A stretch of DNA of 61,909 nt, filler included. It is 3 parts of 3 records of this genome, joined end to end, with 100 filler letters (N's around TTAATTAATTAA, not from the genome) between each part and the next. Parts side by side here need not be neighbours in the genome. Positions count along the whole stretch, not along the records: positions 28,956 to 50,723 come from SRR31156797_6004; positions 50,824 to 61,909 come from SRR31156797_6041; 1 more part is not named here. The stretch is one strand, 5' to 3'. The position numbers were made by a program, and so were the translations under genes. The stretch's first letter is position 1. Every line of letters begins with the position of its first letter. Under the pieces are notes generated by a model, which had not been told where the DNA came from, ran no database searches, and was given only the letters and a program-made list of their open reading frames with translations. Below are positions 42,835-52,640 of this stretch, one piece after another.

Positions 42835-43470
42835 TTATTTGTACAATATTCTCACAAATTTGAAAAGCACTATCCCATTCAAAATATGCCACATGAAATG
42901 TGTGCCAAAACCAATGTATTCACATACAAGCAAATCAGTTTGTCGGAAGAATATGGAAATCGCAAACAACAATACCACAATAAATGATGGTTTTATGAGC
43001 TTAGGGTTCCAATAACGATTGAATAATTGCAACACCACAAAGAAGCTCAACGCCACCAAATATTGCATACCGCCATTGGTCAAGAGCCAGTGATTTTCTA
43101 AAGCGTTTAATGCTTTGGTGAGTAAAATCACATATCCGAAGAAGGATAAAAACAATCCTATTCTGAGCACCCAATTTTTATTCATTTGCATGATATAGAA
43201 AAACAGATAGCTCAGCACAAAAAGAGCAATGGGAATAGAATCCAACATAACAGTAACATCTGTTCTGTATAAATGCCAGGCGAAGCTTCCTAAACCCACA
43301 ATTACCAACAAGACAGAAAAATATATCCCTTTAACATCCAGAAGATTGCGCCTTTTAAGCTGAATAAACAGCACAATTCCGGCAATCATAAAAGCCAAAT
43401 TCGAAATGGTATTGATAGGCTCAAAGACAGCCTGATAGATGGGTTGCTCGCAGTAAACGGGGTGGTTCAT
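42835..43470 (-). CDS. Ceramidase-domain (CREST family) membrane hydrolase
   Basis: YCE..EPINTISNLAF, GSFAWH, HFMWH; about 7 TM segments. Confidence 0.82.
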   Translation of the reverse strand: MNHPVYCEQPIYQAVFEPINTISNLAFMIAGIVLFIQLKRRNLLDVKGIYFSVLLVIVGLGSFAWHLYRTDVTVMLDSIPIALFVLSYLFFYIMQMNKNWVLRIGLFLSFFGYVILLTKALNALENHWLLTNGGMQYLVALSFFVVLQLFNRYWNPKLIKPSFIVVLLFAISIFFRQTDLLVCEYIGFGTHFMWHILNGIVLFKFVRILYK

Positions 43471-43525
43471 CTTTCTAGTTTTAATAAACGAATAGTCGAA
43501 TTTAATCCATTATTCATGATAATAC

Positions 43526-43715
43526 AAGTTTCATGTTTCAAGTTTCAAGTTGCTCAACCTGAAACTTGAAACATGAAACTTTTAACCTGAAACTTGAAAC
43601 TTTATAAACCTCTATTACCTTTATAAACTTCAAAATTCTTTAAGAATGTCAAACGAAGTAACTTGAAACTTTCGAACTTGAAACTTTCAAACTTGAAACT
43701 TGAAACCTGAAACTT
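43526..43715. repeat. Heptamer (TTGAAAC) repeat cluster with inverted arm
   Basis: aagtttcatgtttcaagtttcaagttg-ct-caacctgaaacttgaaacatgaaactt, then further direct copies. Confidence 0.85.
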
Positions 43716-43876
43716 AATATTAATCATCAAAGACTAAAAGGTGCTAATTTCCCTTTTCTGAATCAGTTCGAACATTCTCTAAACCATTTATTCACCTTAT
43801 AATCAAACAATAAAAACAACTATGTACATTTACGAACAGTATGTTAATAAGCATTTAATATGAATTAAAATTTTGC

Positions 43877-43884
43877 TATGTTTG
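43877..43884 (+). promoter_or_regulatory. Bacteroidota -7 promoter element
   Basis: TATGTTTG 21 nt upstream of ATG 43906. Confidence 0.55.
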
Positions 43885-43905
43885 CCGTCGTCTAACTGTT
43901 CAAAC

Positions 43906-44244
43906 ATGTTGAAAAAGGGTATAACCATACTGTTACTTTGTTTAATTGGCTTTCTGATAGTCAACAAGGCGGTTTATACCCACGTTCATGAAGAGAACGG
44001 TGTAATGGTGGTTCACTCCCACCCTTTCAACAAATCGGCTGATTCTGATCCAATCAAAGAACACAGCCACACCAAAGCCCAACTTTTTATAACACACCAA
44101 TTGGAAATACTATTTGCATTGGTTTTCCTTTTTGTGGCCATCATGCTCACTCCAATTGAGCATTTAAAACCTAAAAAGTCGGAGAAAGTTAAGGCACAAC
44201 TATCTATTTCCTACAGTCCGTTACGGGCACCCCCTACTTGCTAA
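43906..44244 (+). CDS. His-rich two-TM leader protein with C-terminal RAPP motif (DUF2946/CruR-like)
   Basis: TM-HVH..HSHP..HSH-TM...LRAPPTC*; directly upstream of a TonB-dependent receptor. Confidence 0.72.
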   Translation: MLKKGITILLLCLIGFLIVNKAVYTHVHEENGVMVVHSHPFNKSADSDPIKEHSHTKAQLFITHQLEILFALVFLFVAIMLTPIEHLKPKKSEKVKAQLSISYSPLRAPPTC

Positions 44245-44398
44245 ATTTCTTTTGAAACGTATTCTATTACAAAGCATTCATGCCTTGTTATACTGATTTT
44301 TGAATATAGAAGCGGTATTCAGCTAAAATCAAAATTCAAAAGATTCCCAAAGCTTAACAACTAATCTAAACATCACATATATCAAATAATATTAATAA

Positions 44399-46771
44399 AT
44401 GAAGATCAGAGTAATAACAACAATTATATTATTTCTAGTTGCAATTACAGCCTTCCCTCAACATCATAGAAGAACCGATGCAAACCTTGTGGGTCATGTG
44501 GTTTGCTGTGGAGAGCATATTCCATTTGCCACCATCATGGTAAAAGGGACAACTATTGGAACAACCACAGACGAAACCGGTCATTATCAAATCAATAACA
44601 TGCCAGAGGGGACCTTTACCATTGTGGCTAATTCATTGGGATTTTCACCAAAAGAATTTACTGTAACTATGGTTGCAGGTAAAACCATTGAACACAAATT
44701 TGAATTGAAAAAAGATGTATTAAATCTTAACGAAGTTGTAATTACAGGAGATCGCAATGCAAGCAGTCGTCGGGATGCTTCAGTAATTGTTTCCAGCATT
44801 ACACCAAAAGTCTTTGAATTGGTTCAAGCTGGTAACCTTGCCGAAGGGTTAGATTTTACACCGGGTTTGCGTTTGGAATACAATTGTCAGAATTGCGGAT
44901 TCTCCCAAGTAAGAATGAACGGCATGGAAGGCCCCTACTCACAAATTTTAATCAATGGGCGTTCAATATTCAGCGGACTCGCCGGGGTATATGGCTTGGA
45001 GCTTATTCCGGAAAATATGATTGAAAAAGTGGAAGTTGTGCGTGGAGGCGGGTCAGCTTTGTATGGAAGCAACGCTATAGCTGGAACCATCAACCTCATT
45101 CTGAAAGATCCTATTAAAAATTCTTATGAATTTGAAGCTAGCTCAGGCATTCTTGGTGTTGGATTAAAAGATGCTGACAATACAGGTACAGACCACACAG
45201 CCAAATTCAACACATCGCTCATTTCGTCAGACGCCAAAACAGGCATGTCGCTTTATGGATACTATCGCGAGCGTGCAGCTTATGATGTAAATGGAGATAA
45301 CTATTCAGACCTGACCGGCATCAATAATACTACCATTGGAACAAGACTGTTTCACAGATTTAGTAATCGCAATAAAATTGCCTTAGATGCTTTCCGTATT
45401 GGTGAAGACAGACGGGGTGGAAGCGATTTCAATACCATTGAACACATGGCAGATGTAGCAGAGTCTGTTGTGCACAATATAAATACCGCAGCTCTCAGCT
45501 ACGATCAGTTTTTCCACGAGCACGATAAATTATCGCTGTTTGCATCGGGTCAGCACGTCAGACGCGATTCTTACTACGGAGCAGAACAATCACTGGCAGA
45601 TTATGGCTTTACCAAGGACTTTTCTTACGTAGCAGGCGCACAATACCACATGCACCTTAATATGTCTGAAATTACCGTAGGAATTGAAAATCAGGGCGCG
45701 TGGCTTAAAGATAGAAAACTGGGATATATCGACTACGAAAACCCCATAATAACCGGCACCGATACCACCATTACTTTTGCAGAAATAGATGATAAAATTA
45801 TTGCCGACCAGCACATTAATACTTTTAGTGCATTTGCTCAATATGAATTACAACTTGAAAAACTAAAAATGACTGCCGGTCTGCGTTTTGACAGCTATCA
45901 GATTACAGATAATGAAACGCAGGCCGATAAATCTGCCAATGTACTGAGCCCGAGAGTAACTGCAAAATATGATTTTCTTGAGAATTTACAGGCAAGAGTT
46001 AGTTACAGTCAGGGATACCGTGCCCCGCAGATTTTTGATGAAGATTTACACATCTTAACCTCAGAAGCCATGCATGTTATTCACGTAAACGACCCTGATC
46101 TAAAGCAGGAAACCAGTCATAGTTTTATGGCCTCATTAGACTATAACCAAAAAATAGGAACAACTTATGTCGGGATATTGGCTGAAGGTTTTCATACAAT
46201 ATTAGAGGATGCATTTGTAAATGAACCCGATATTTCAGAAGGAGTTTTAACCTACACACGCGTAAACGCGGAAGGCGGTGCAAACGTAACAGGAGTAAAT
46301 ATGGAACTAAATGTGGTTCCCACAGAGCAACTCAAATTCCAGGGAAGCTTTACCTACCAAATCAGCGAGTATGAAAAAGTGCAGGAATTTAATGAAAAAT
46401 CGTTCTTTCGCTCGCCCAATGATTATGGATATTTTACCATTAGCTACGATCCATTTAAAAGATTTGGCATGGCAGCCACAGGAACCTACACAGGCTCAAT
46501 GCTTGTGCCTTATTATGGAAATACTTTACCTGCCAATGTTGAGGGAGAATTGCGCGAAAGTGATCCATTTTTTGATTTAGGATTGAAAGCACATTTCAAC
46601 ACGCGCATCAATGGTGCTACGTTGCAAATTTATGCTGGTATTAAGAACATATTCAACTCCTACCAGGATGATTTTGACATGGGTGCCGACCGCGATCCCG
46701 GTTATGTTTACGGCCCCGGACTACCACGTATGATTTATGCAGGTATTAAAATTGGTAACTTGATTAAATAA
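44399..46771 (+). CDS. TonB-dependent receptor, probably for metal uptake
   Basis: CarboxypepD-like N-domain, CQNCG in plug, KVEVVRGGGSALYG, GYRAPQIFDEDLH. Confidence 0.9.
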   Translation: MKIRVITTIILFLVAITAFPQHHRRTDANLVGHVVCCGEHIPFATIMVKGTTIGTTTDETGHYQINNMPEGTFTIVANSLGFSPKEFTVTMVAGKTIEHKFELKKDVLNLNEVVITGDRNASSRRDASVIVSSITPKVFELVQAGNLAEGLDFTPGLRLEYNCQNCGFSQVRMNGMEGPYSQILINGRSIFSGLAGVYGLELIPENMIEKVEVVRGGGSALYGSNAIAGTINLILKDPIKNSYEFEASSGILGVGLKDADNTGTDHTAKFNTSLISSDAKTGMSLYGYYRERAAYDVNGDNYSDLTGINNTTIGTRLFHRFSNRNKIALDAFRIGEDRRGGSDFNTIEHMADVAESVVHNINTAALSYDQFFHEHDKLSLFASGQHVRRDSYYGAEQSLADYGFTKDFSYVAGAQYHMHLNMSEITVGIENQGAWLKDRKLGYIDYENPIITGTDTTITFAEIDDKIIADQHINTFSAFAQYELQLEKLKMTAGLRFDSYQITDNETQADKSANVLSPRVTAKYDFLENLQARVSYSQGYRAPQIFDEDLHILTSEAMHVIHVNDPDLKQETSHSFMASLDYNQKIGTTYVGILAEGFHTILEDAFVNEPDISEGVLTYTRVNAEGGANVTGVNMELNVVPTEQLKFQGSFTYQISEYEKVQEFNEKSFFRSPNDYGYFTISYDPFKRFGMAATGTYTGSMLVPYYGNTLPANVEGELRESDPFFDLGLKAHFNTRINGATLQIYAGIKNIFNSYQDDFDMGADRDPGYVYGPGLPRMIYAGIKIGNLIK

Positions 46772-46819
46772 GAATTACTAAGTATTATAATCAAAAGCTC
46801 GCAATGTTGCGGGCTTTTT
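46746..46819 (+). repeat. 74-bp direct repeat, left copy (receptor 3' end + terminator)
   Basis: First 28 bp identical to the copy at 49152-49225; 7 mismatches overall by manual alignment. Confidence 0.9.
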
Positions 46820-46885
46820 CTTTTCAGCTCTTCTTTATACCAAAACTACAATAATTGTTAAATTTGGTGAATAGAAAATATTAAT

Positions 46886-47983
46886 ATGGTTGACCAAAAC
46901 ATAGTAAAAACAATAGCAATAATTACCATCTTTATTTCGCTGCTCTTTTCACTATTTTTACTAACCGTAAAAACAAAAAACAAACTATCTAATAGTGTAT
47001 TAGCAGGTTTTATTCTTTTTTGCTCAGTTGATATTTTTGGTCTTTTTTTGAATCAAAACGACACCCTGTTTTTATTCAGTAAAGCGTTTACTTTCTTAAT
47101 TTTCCCGGCTCTTTATCTATATGTCTTATCTATATGCAGTATAAGTTTCAAATTGAAAACAAAACACCTGATTCATACCTTACCTTTCATCACTTACATT
47201 GCAATAGTGCCATTTTATTTATATACGATCAAATTCAATAGCAATGGCACTTCTGCTATAGTATTTTCAAAGACAATATGGTTTTATAATGTTTTACTTC
47301 TAAAAATTCAAGCATTCAGCTACATCATTGCTTCCACATATATATTAAGAAAACACAGAAAAATATACCTGGAAAACTATAGTGAAGGTGATATTTCAAT
47401 ATATAAATTACTCTCGCAGATCATTGTAATTTTCATCATTACATTTCCCGTAACATTGGTAAAAGAAATAATCCCATATACTAAATACTACCAGGCTTTT
47501 AATTGGGTTATTATTGGGCTAATCAGCATTGCTTTATTTATGTTTTGTTGGTTTATTTTTAAAGCCTTACATAATCCAAAATTATTCAGAGGTGTTGATC
47601 TAAGATTAGCAGCTTCCAACACTATTTACCCCAAAAACAGTGATCAGAAATCAGGAATGGAACAACTAAGACTTTACATGATTGAAAAGGAACCTTTTAT
47701 TAACTCGGAGCTTTCTTTACAGGATCTCTCCTCCCAGCTTAAGATGCCTCCCAGAACATTGTCTTCCATAATCAACAACCAAACAGGTCAGCACTTCTTC
47801 GATTTTGTGAATGAATACAGAATTGAAAAAGCCAAAGAGCTCCTCAAAAACTTCTCTGATAATAAACTCACTATACAGCAGGTTTTTTACGATGTAGGAT
47901 TTAACTCAAAATCATCTTTTAACACTGCATTTAAAAAACATACCGGGGTTACACCCACAGAATTCAAAAAAAAGTTTAAATAA
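46886..47983 (+). CDS. Membrane-bound AraC family regulator
   Basis: N-terminal TM helices; FFDFVNEYRIEKAK, VGFNSKSSFNTAFKK..TPTEF. Confidence 0.9.
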   Translation: MVDQNIVKTIAIITIFISLLFSLFLLTVKTKNKLSNSVLAGFILFCSVDIFGLFLNQNDTLFLFSKAFTFLIFPALYLYVLSICSISFKLKTKHLIHTLPFITYIAIVPFYLYTIKFNSNGTSAIVFSKTIWFYNVLLLKIQAFSYIIASTYILRKHRKIYLENYSEGDISIYKLLSQIIVIFIITFPVTLVKEIIPYTKYYQAFNWVIIGLISIALFMFCWFIFKALHNPKLFRGVDLRLAASNTIYPKNSDQKSGMEQLRLYMIEKEPFINSELSLQDLSSQLKMPPRTLSSIINNQTGQHFFDFVNEYRIEKAKELLKNFSDNKLTIQQVFYDVGFNSKSSFNTAFKKHTGVTPTEFKKKFK

Positions 47984-48079
47984 TTGGTTCGACTTTATGA
48001 TTCTCGAACGTTTGTTGGCTTTTTCAAACATAGTTTTGCTTCATAACTAACTATTTTATCATTTAATAAAACTAAAAAA

Positions 48080-48547
48080 ATGAAGCTAAATTATTTAATC
48101 TCAACATTCCTGCTTTTATCCATAAGCAGTGCAGCATTTTCTAATCAATTTTCTAATAATGCTAATGATTCTGACGAAATTGAAAATATAAAACAAGTCA
48201 TAATTGAGTCTTATGTAAAAGGAATATTTCTGGAAGGTAATCACAAAATGGTTAAAAAAGGTTGGCACCCAGACTGTGATATTGTGATTCTTGAAAAAGG
48301 AAAATTAGTAAAGCTTCCTGCCCAATATTGGGTTGACAGGCTTAAGAAAAACCCCAAACCATTAGATCCATATGTGACTTACAAATTTATAGATGTAAAA
48401 GTAACTGGTTACGCTGCCATAGCCATCATTGAAATTTACTCAAAAGGTAAACCTGTTTATATGGACTATATGTGTTTGTACCAATTCAAACAGACTTGGA
48501 AAATAGTCACTAAAATTTTCTACACATATCCTAAATCCGTTCACTAA
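48080..48547 (+). CDS. Secreted NTF2-like (lumazine-binding-like) protein
   Basis: Signal peptide; YVKG...WHPD, DYMCL...WKIVTKIF. Confidence 0.75.
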   Translation: MKLNYLISTFLLLSISSAAFSNQFSNNANDSDEIENIKQVIIESYVKGIFLEGNHKMVKKGWHPDCDIVILEKGKLVKLPAQYWVDRLKKNPKPLDPYVTYKFIDVKVTGYAAIAIIEIYSKGKPVYMDYMCLYQFKQTWKIVTKIFYTYPKSVH

Positions 48548-48558
48548 ATCATACTATA

Positions 48559-49155
48559 ATGAAACCTGGAATATTACTCTATTTTGGATTATTAGCACCC
48601 TTCGCTTTTTGGACTACAACCATCATTTGCGGACTAATGATTGAAGATTATAATCACTTTAAATGGCTCGTGAGTGAACTGGGAGCTTTAGGTACGCCAA
48701 CTCAAGAACTTTTTACTATTGGATTAGTCGTAAGTGCAATCCTAAATATTTTCTTTATTGTAGGTTTATGGAAAATTTGCCGGAAGCATCAATTAAGTTT
48801 AGCACCTGTCTTATTATTAATGCTCTTTTCTTTTATTGCTGGCCCTGCAATATTTCCTATGCCATTACATTGGCATAGCCTTTCAGGATTACCTTTCCCA
48901 TTGCTCATGTTATCTCCATTAGTTGCTCTTTTTGTATGGCGCAAAAAAGAAAAACTATTAAAAATAAGAGCTATAGCCATTATAAGCTTTTCAATCATGT
49001 TGCTCGGATTCTTAATATTCTTCCCAAACATTTTGAACGAGTATTTCGGATTAAAACAGCGTTTCTTATATAGTGGGTGGACAATATGGTCAGTCCTTTT
49101 AAGCATTAGGCTTCAAGCATTAACGAAAACAAAATCGCCACTCAAGCGAATTTAA
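48559..49155 (+). CDS. DUF998 family membrane protein
   Basis: YNH...VSELGALG, IFP..H, GLKQR; multiple TM segments. Confidence 0.78.
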   Translation: MKPGILLYFGLLAPFAFWTTTIICGLMIEDYNHFKWLVSELGALGTPTQELFTIGLVVSAILNIFFIVGLWKICRKHQLSLAPVLLLMLFSFIAGPAIFPMPLHWHSLSGLPFPLLMLSPLVALFVWRKKEKLLKIRAIAIISFSIMLLGFLIFFPNILNEYFGLKQRFLYSGWTIWSVLLSIRLQALTKTKSPLKRI

Positions 49156-49225
49156 AATTGGTAACTTGATTAAATAAGATTTACCAAATATCAAAATCAA
49201 AAGCTCGCAGTATTGCGGGCTTTTT
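49152..49225 (+). repeat. 74-bp direct repeat, right copy (includes terminator)
   Basis: ttaaaattggtaacttgattaaataaga...aaagctcgcagtattgcgggcttttt. Confidence 0.9.
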
Positions 49226-49356
49226 TTCATTTTATTTCGAACTAAAAAAGCCAATAAGTTTAGGATTTAAACCCAATCTTGTTTAACTTTAAAAGCTAAG
49301 GAATTATCAAGGGAAGTAAAATCCAGATCATCTCAATTCAATAACCAAATATAAAA

Positions 49357-50361
49357 ATGAGAAAATTAGCAGCCATCCTTGCATTTTTTTTTGCTTTTCA
49401 GGTTTCATTTGGCCAAAAATTAAAAACACCCAAAACAATATCACAAGCCATTGAAATACTAAGCATTGATTGTCCGGACAGCCTCAAGCAAATCATCAAA
49501 AAAACAGCCAACGATGAGCTTATTAAATTGTGTTACCCCTGGGATGGGGAATACAAAACTGTTTTTCATTGGACCAAAACTGACAACAAACGCTCAAAAA
49601 TAAGAAAGCATCTGATTGAAAGCGGAATAGAAAGCAATAAACATCAACAAACTGTAATTTTAATTGCATTTAAGCATTATTTAAAAGGAATAGCAATAGA
49701 TGAACAAAAGATTTTATCACCCTATATTAAATTAGAAAATAAATGGCGGGCTGAAGATAAAATAAGATCAACAGCGGACACATTAAGAGGAATATATATC
49801 CCAAAAGACATTAAGGATTGCATACAACAAATTGACAGTTTTTGGGATGATTCAACCAAGATGATCATAAAAGAAATGTCAGAAGAGGACTTTACAGCTA
49901 AATTGCATTTAAGCTTTGGAATGTGGATGAGAAACAATTGGCAATTATGGGGAGGTTCAAGACTTTCAACCTATTTTAATAAGTTAGGCATTTTCCACCC
50001 TGATGATATGTCAGGAATTATTCTAAATAGTTACCATCGACATTTAGCAAACAAAGCTATACAACTTGAGAAACAGGTAGAATACTATCAATATTATTGG
50101 ATAGTCACTGCAAAACCTTCTAAAGACATATATCCAAGAGGAGTAAGAAGATTAGAGTTCAATCATAATCAACTTTATACTTTGACAGAACACAACTTAC
50201 CCGGCTGTGTGCACATTCAAACCAATTCTAATTCTGATAAAACATGGCTTTATGATTATCATTTTGGCTGGAAACATATTACGCAAGAGCAATTAGAGGC
50301 ATTAAAAGCTACGACGCATGAAAATCGGGAATCAACCTTAAAGGACATTTTCAACAAGTAA
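49357..50361 (+). CDS. Secreted DUF6794-like protein
   Basis: IPKDIKDC, HLSFGMWMRNNWQLW, HPDDMSGII; signal peptide. Confidence 0.68.
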   Translation: MRKLAAILAFFFAFQVSFGQKLKTPKTISQAIEILSIDCPDSLKQIIKKTANDELIKLCYPWDGEYKTVFHWTKTDNKRSKIRKHLIESGIESNKHQQTVILIAFKHYLKGIAIDEQKILSPYIKLENKWRAEDKIRSTADTLRGIYIPKDIKDCIQQIDSFWDDSTKMIIKEMSEEDFTAKLHLSFGMWMRNNWQLWGGSRLSTYFNKLGIFHPDDMSGIILNSYHRHLANKAIQLEKQVEYYQYYWIVTAKPSKDIYPRGVRRLEFNHNQLYTLTEHNLPGCVHIQTNSNSDKTWLYDYHFGWKHITQEQLEALKATTHENRESTLKDIFNK

Positions 50362-50723
50362 ATTATTCACCTGAAGTTAAAAAAAGATTAAAAACCCATT
50401 TAGTGCCAGCAAGAAAACGGATTAATTGAAAAAGTTGTGGATTTACTTTTACAATCTTTTTTTCTTGACAAAAAAGTCAAGATCAAATTACGGTTATTCG
50501 CCTTTTGGCTCATGAGGGCTTCGCCGTACATCCTACTCTGATCAATAAATTAAATGGTATATAAAAGCTGGACAAGCCTCTTTTATGCCATTTATATCCA
50601 TTGATCATTCACGCCGACGCTGGCCCACCAATTTGATCGGGCCAACCCGCATTAGGAGCTGCAGGCAATAGAGGTAGTTACGGTTGATTTTGTTCGGCCT
50701 AAGTCTTTTAAGCGGGCACCTTC

Positions 50724-50823
50724 NNNNNNNNNNNNNNNNNNNNNNNNNNNNNNNNNNNNNNNNNNNNTTAATTAATTAANNNNNNNNNNNNNNNNNNNNN
50801 NNNNNNNNNNNNNNNNNNNNNNN
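50724..50823. other. Artificial contig linker
   Basis: 44 N + TTAATTAATTAA + 44 N. Confidence 0.97.
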
Positions 50824-51037
50824 GCAGGAGCCCGGCGCACGTCGGGCTTTTGTGTTTCCAAGAGACAAATTCCAAACTCCAGTAATCAGTTAATATATTA
50901 TTTGATTGTTGATTTCAGGCCTATTTTATCCTGTTTCCTTTCATTTGTTAAGAAATAGTAAATAAAACATCTTAAACAAATAATAATATACTTTATAAAT
51001 AACTGATAATCAGATTAATACGGAATAATAAAGAAAA

Positions 51038-51090
51038 CTTAACAAAATCTTAACAAAAGGCTTGACATATGAGTTTAAATCCCTTATTAT
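51038..51090 (+). promoter_or_regulatory. Sigma70-type promoter with upstream CTTAA direct repeat
   Basis: cttaacaaaatcttaa then TTGACA(51062)-17 bp-TATTAT. Confidence 0.7.
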
Positions 51091-51155
51091 AGCCTTGAAT
51101 TTGAGAGATTTATGAGAGAATTGAGAGAGATATAAAGAGAGATTTTGAGGAACAA

Positions 51156-52340
51156 ATGAGCAAAGCAAAAAAACTACTTTCAGTCATACTGATGAGCGTG
51201 ATCGCAGTTTCGATGTATGCTGGCATAATTTATAACGGCCAGGAATACACCGAAACTGACATGCCTTTTTCACAGGATGGCAGTGGTGTGCAATATTTTG
51301 TTTTTTCAGGTACGGTTAGTGAGGTCAATTCATGGAATATGAGAAACCTGACCATTAATGGTGTAGAATATGCCAATGGATGGTCGTCGAGTATGCCTCC
51401 GGCTGTTGATGGTAACAAGTACTTTGTTTACTACAATCCGAAAAATAAATTCGCACATTTTGAGATCGACGGTACCAACGACTGGAGTGGCGGTGGAAGC
51501 GATCCGGAACCCATTGATACCGTAGCCATTGATCTTCCATACGAACACAATGGTATCGATCAGGTTTATTTTTCAACGGACGGTACTATAAATTTCGTGA
51601 ACTCCTGGGGCTTGGATACACTTCTTATTAATGGTGTCTCCTATGCGAATGCATGGTCAGATGTCATGCCTGAAAGAATTGACGGCATGTATTACATCTA
51701 TTACAGTACTTCACTATCATACGGACATCTTGAATTAGACGGTAACAATACAGTGCCCCTGCCCGAAGCCGATACAGTCAGCATCAGTCTTTCGTACAGC
51801 TTTGATGGCGTTGGCCACCATGTTTTCGAAATAACAGATGATATTGAATCTATTTCATCCTGGGAAACTGATAGCGTAAGTGTCAATGGTATGGATGTCA
51901 CCAATCAAACAAGAACGACCATGCCTGCTAAGATCAATGGTAAATATTATATTTACTATAAAGGATCCCAAGGTGGAGCACATCTTGAGATCATAAAATA
52001 TGAACAGTACCCTGACATTGTAAATTGGAACGGACAGAATTACAACAAGGGTTTATTACCGTACAGCACCTCAGGCAGTACTGCACAATATGTTTACGTT
52101 TACGGATCGGTCGATTATTTTACATCCAGTAATATGACCTTGCTTGAGATCAACGGTGTTAATTATACTGACCAATATGTAACAACTCCTCCGGCTTCGA
52201 TAGATGGAAAATACTTCATCAAGTATATTCCAAAAAATCGTCATGGAAGTTTTGAGATCTATGGTGAATCTGAAGAACCGGTATATATCCTGAATATTAA
52301 AGTCTTTTTGCAAAGCGCATTGCCAGGTAGCCATAACTAA
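51156..52340 (+). CDS. Secreted protein with four tandem CBM64-like modules
   Basis: Signal peptide; four ~80-aa repeats P[FY]SxDG...VNSW..LxINGVxYxNxW..P..DGKY[YF]..Y...HxEI. Confidence 0.72.
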   Translation: MSKAKKLLSVILMSVIAVSMYAGIIYNGQEYTETDMPFSQDGSGVQYFVFSGTVSEVNSWNMRNLTINGVEYANGWSSSMPPAVDGNKYFVYYNPKNKFAHFEIDGTNDWSGGGSDPEPIDTVAIDLPYEHNGIDQVYFSTDGTINFVNSWGLDTLLINGVSYANAWSDVMPERIDGMYYIYYSTSLSYGHLELDGNNTVPLPEADTVSISLSYSFDGVGHHVFEITDDIESISSWETDSVSVNGMDVTNQTRTTMPAKINGKYYIYYKGSQGGAHLEIIKYEQYPDIVNWNGQNYNKGLLPYSTSGSTAQYVYVYGSVDYFTSSNMTLLEINGVNYTDQYVTTPPASIDGKYFIKYIPKNRHGSFEIYGESEEPVYILNIKVFLQSALPGSHN

Positions 52341-52372
52341 ATATTGTATCATAATAAAAATCTCTCTCTCTT

Positions 52373-52399
52373 AAAGGCCTGTCGCACGATGGGCTTTTA
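52373..52399 (+). terminator. Intrinsic terminator
   Basis: aaaggcctgtcgcacgatgggctttt. Confidence 0.6.
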
Positions 52400-52542
52400 T
52401 TCTATCCATACAAAATATTGTGTGGTGTTTATTCTATAAACACAATATATAATTACACTAGATTTTAATTGTTGATGTATTTGCTTTCTTTTGAGCTTGT
52501 AACTTCTTGATTATCAATAGAAATACAAAAAACAAACAATAT

Positions 52543-52593
52543 CTAAACAAAATCTTAATAAAACTTGACATATTCGAGGAATATTCTTATAAT
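52543..52593 (+). promoter_or_regulatory. Consensus sigma70 promoter with related upstream motif
   Basis: ctaaacaaaatcttaa then TTGACA(52565)-17 bp-TATAAT(52588). Confidence 0.8.
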
Positions 52594-52640
52594 TATTTGA
52601 TTATAAAACACATATAATTGGGGTAGAGGAAAAGGGATCA

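Noticed and set aside
43526-43715. CRISPR array
   Set aside because: Units are 7-nt tandem repeats without unique spacers; no cas genes
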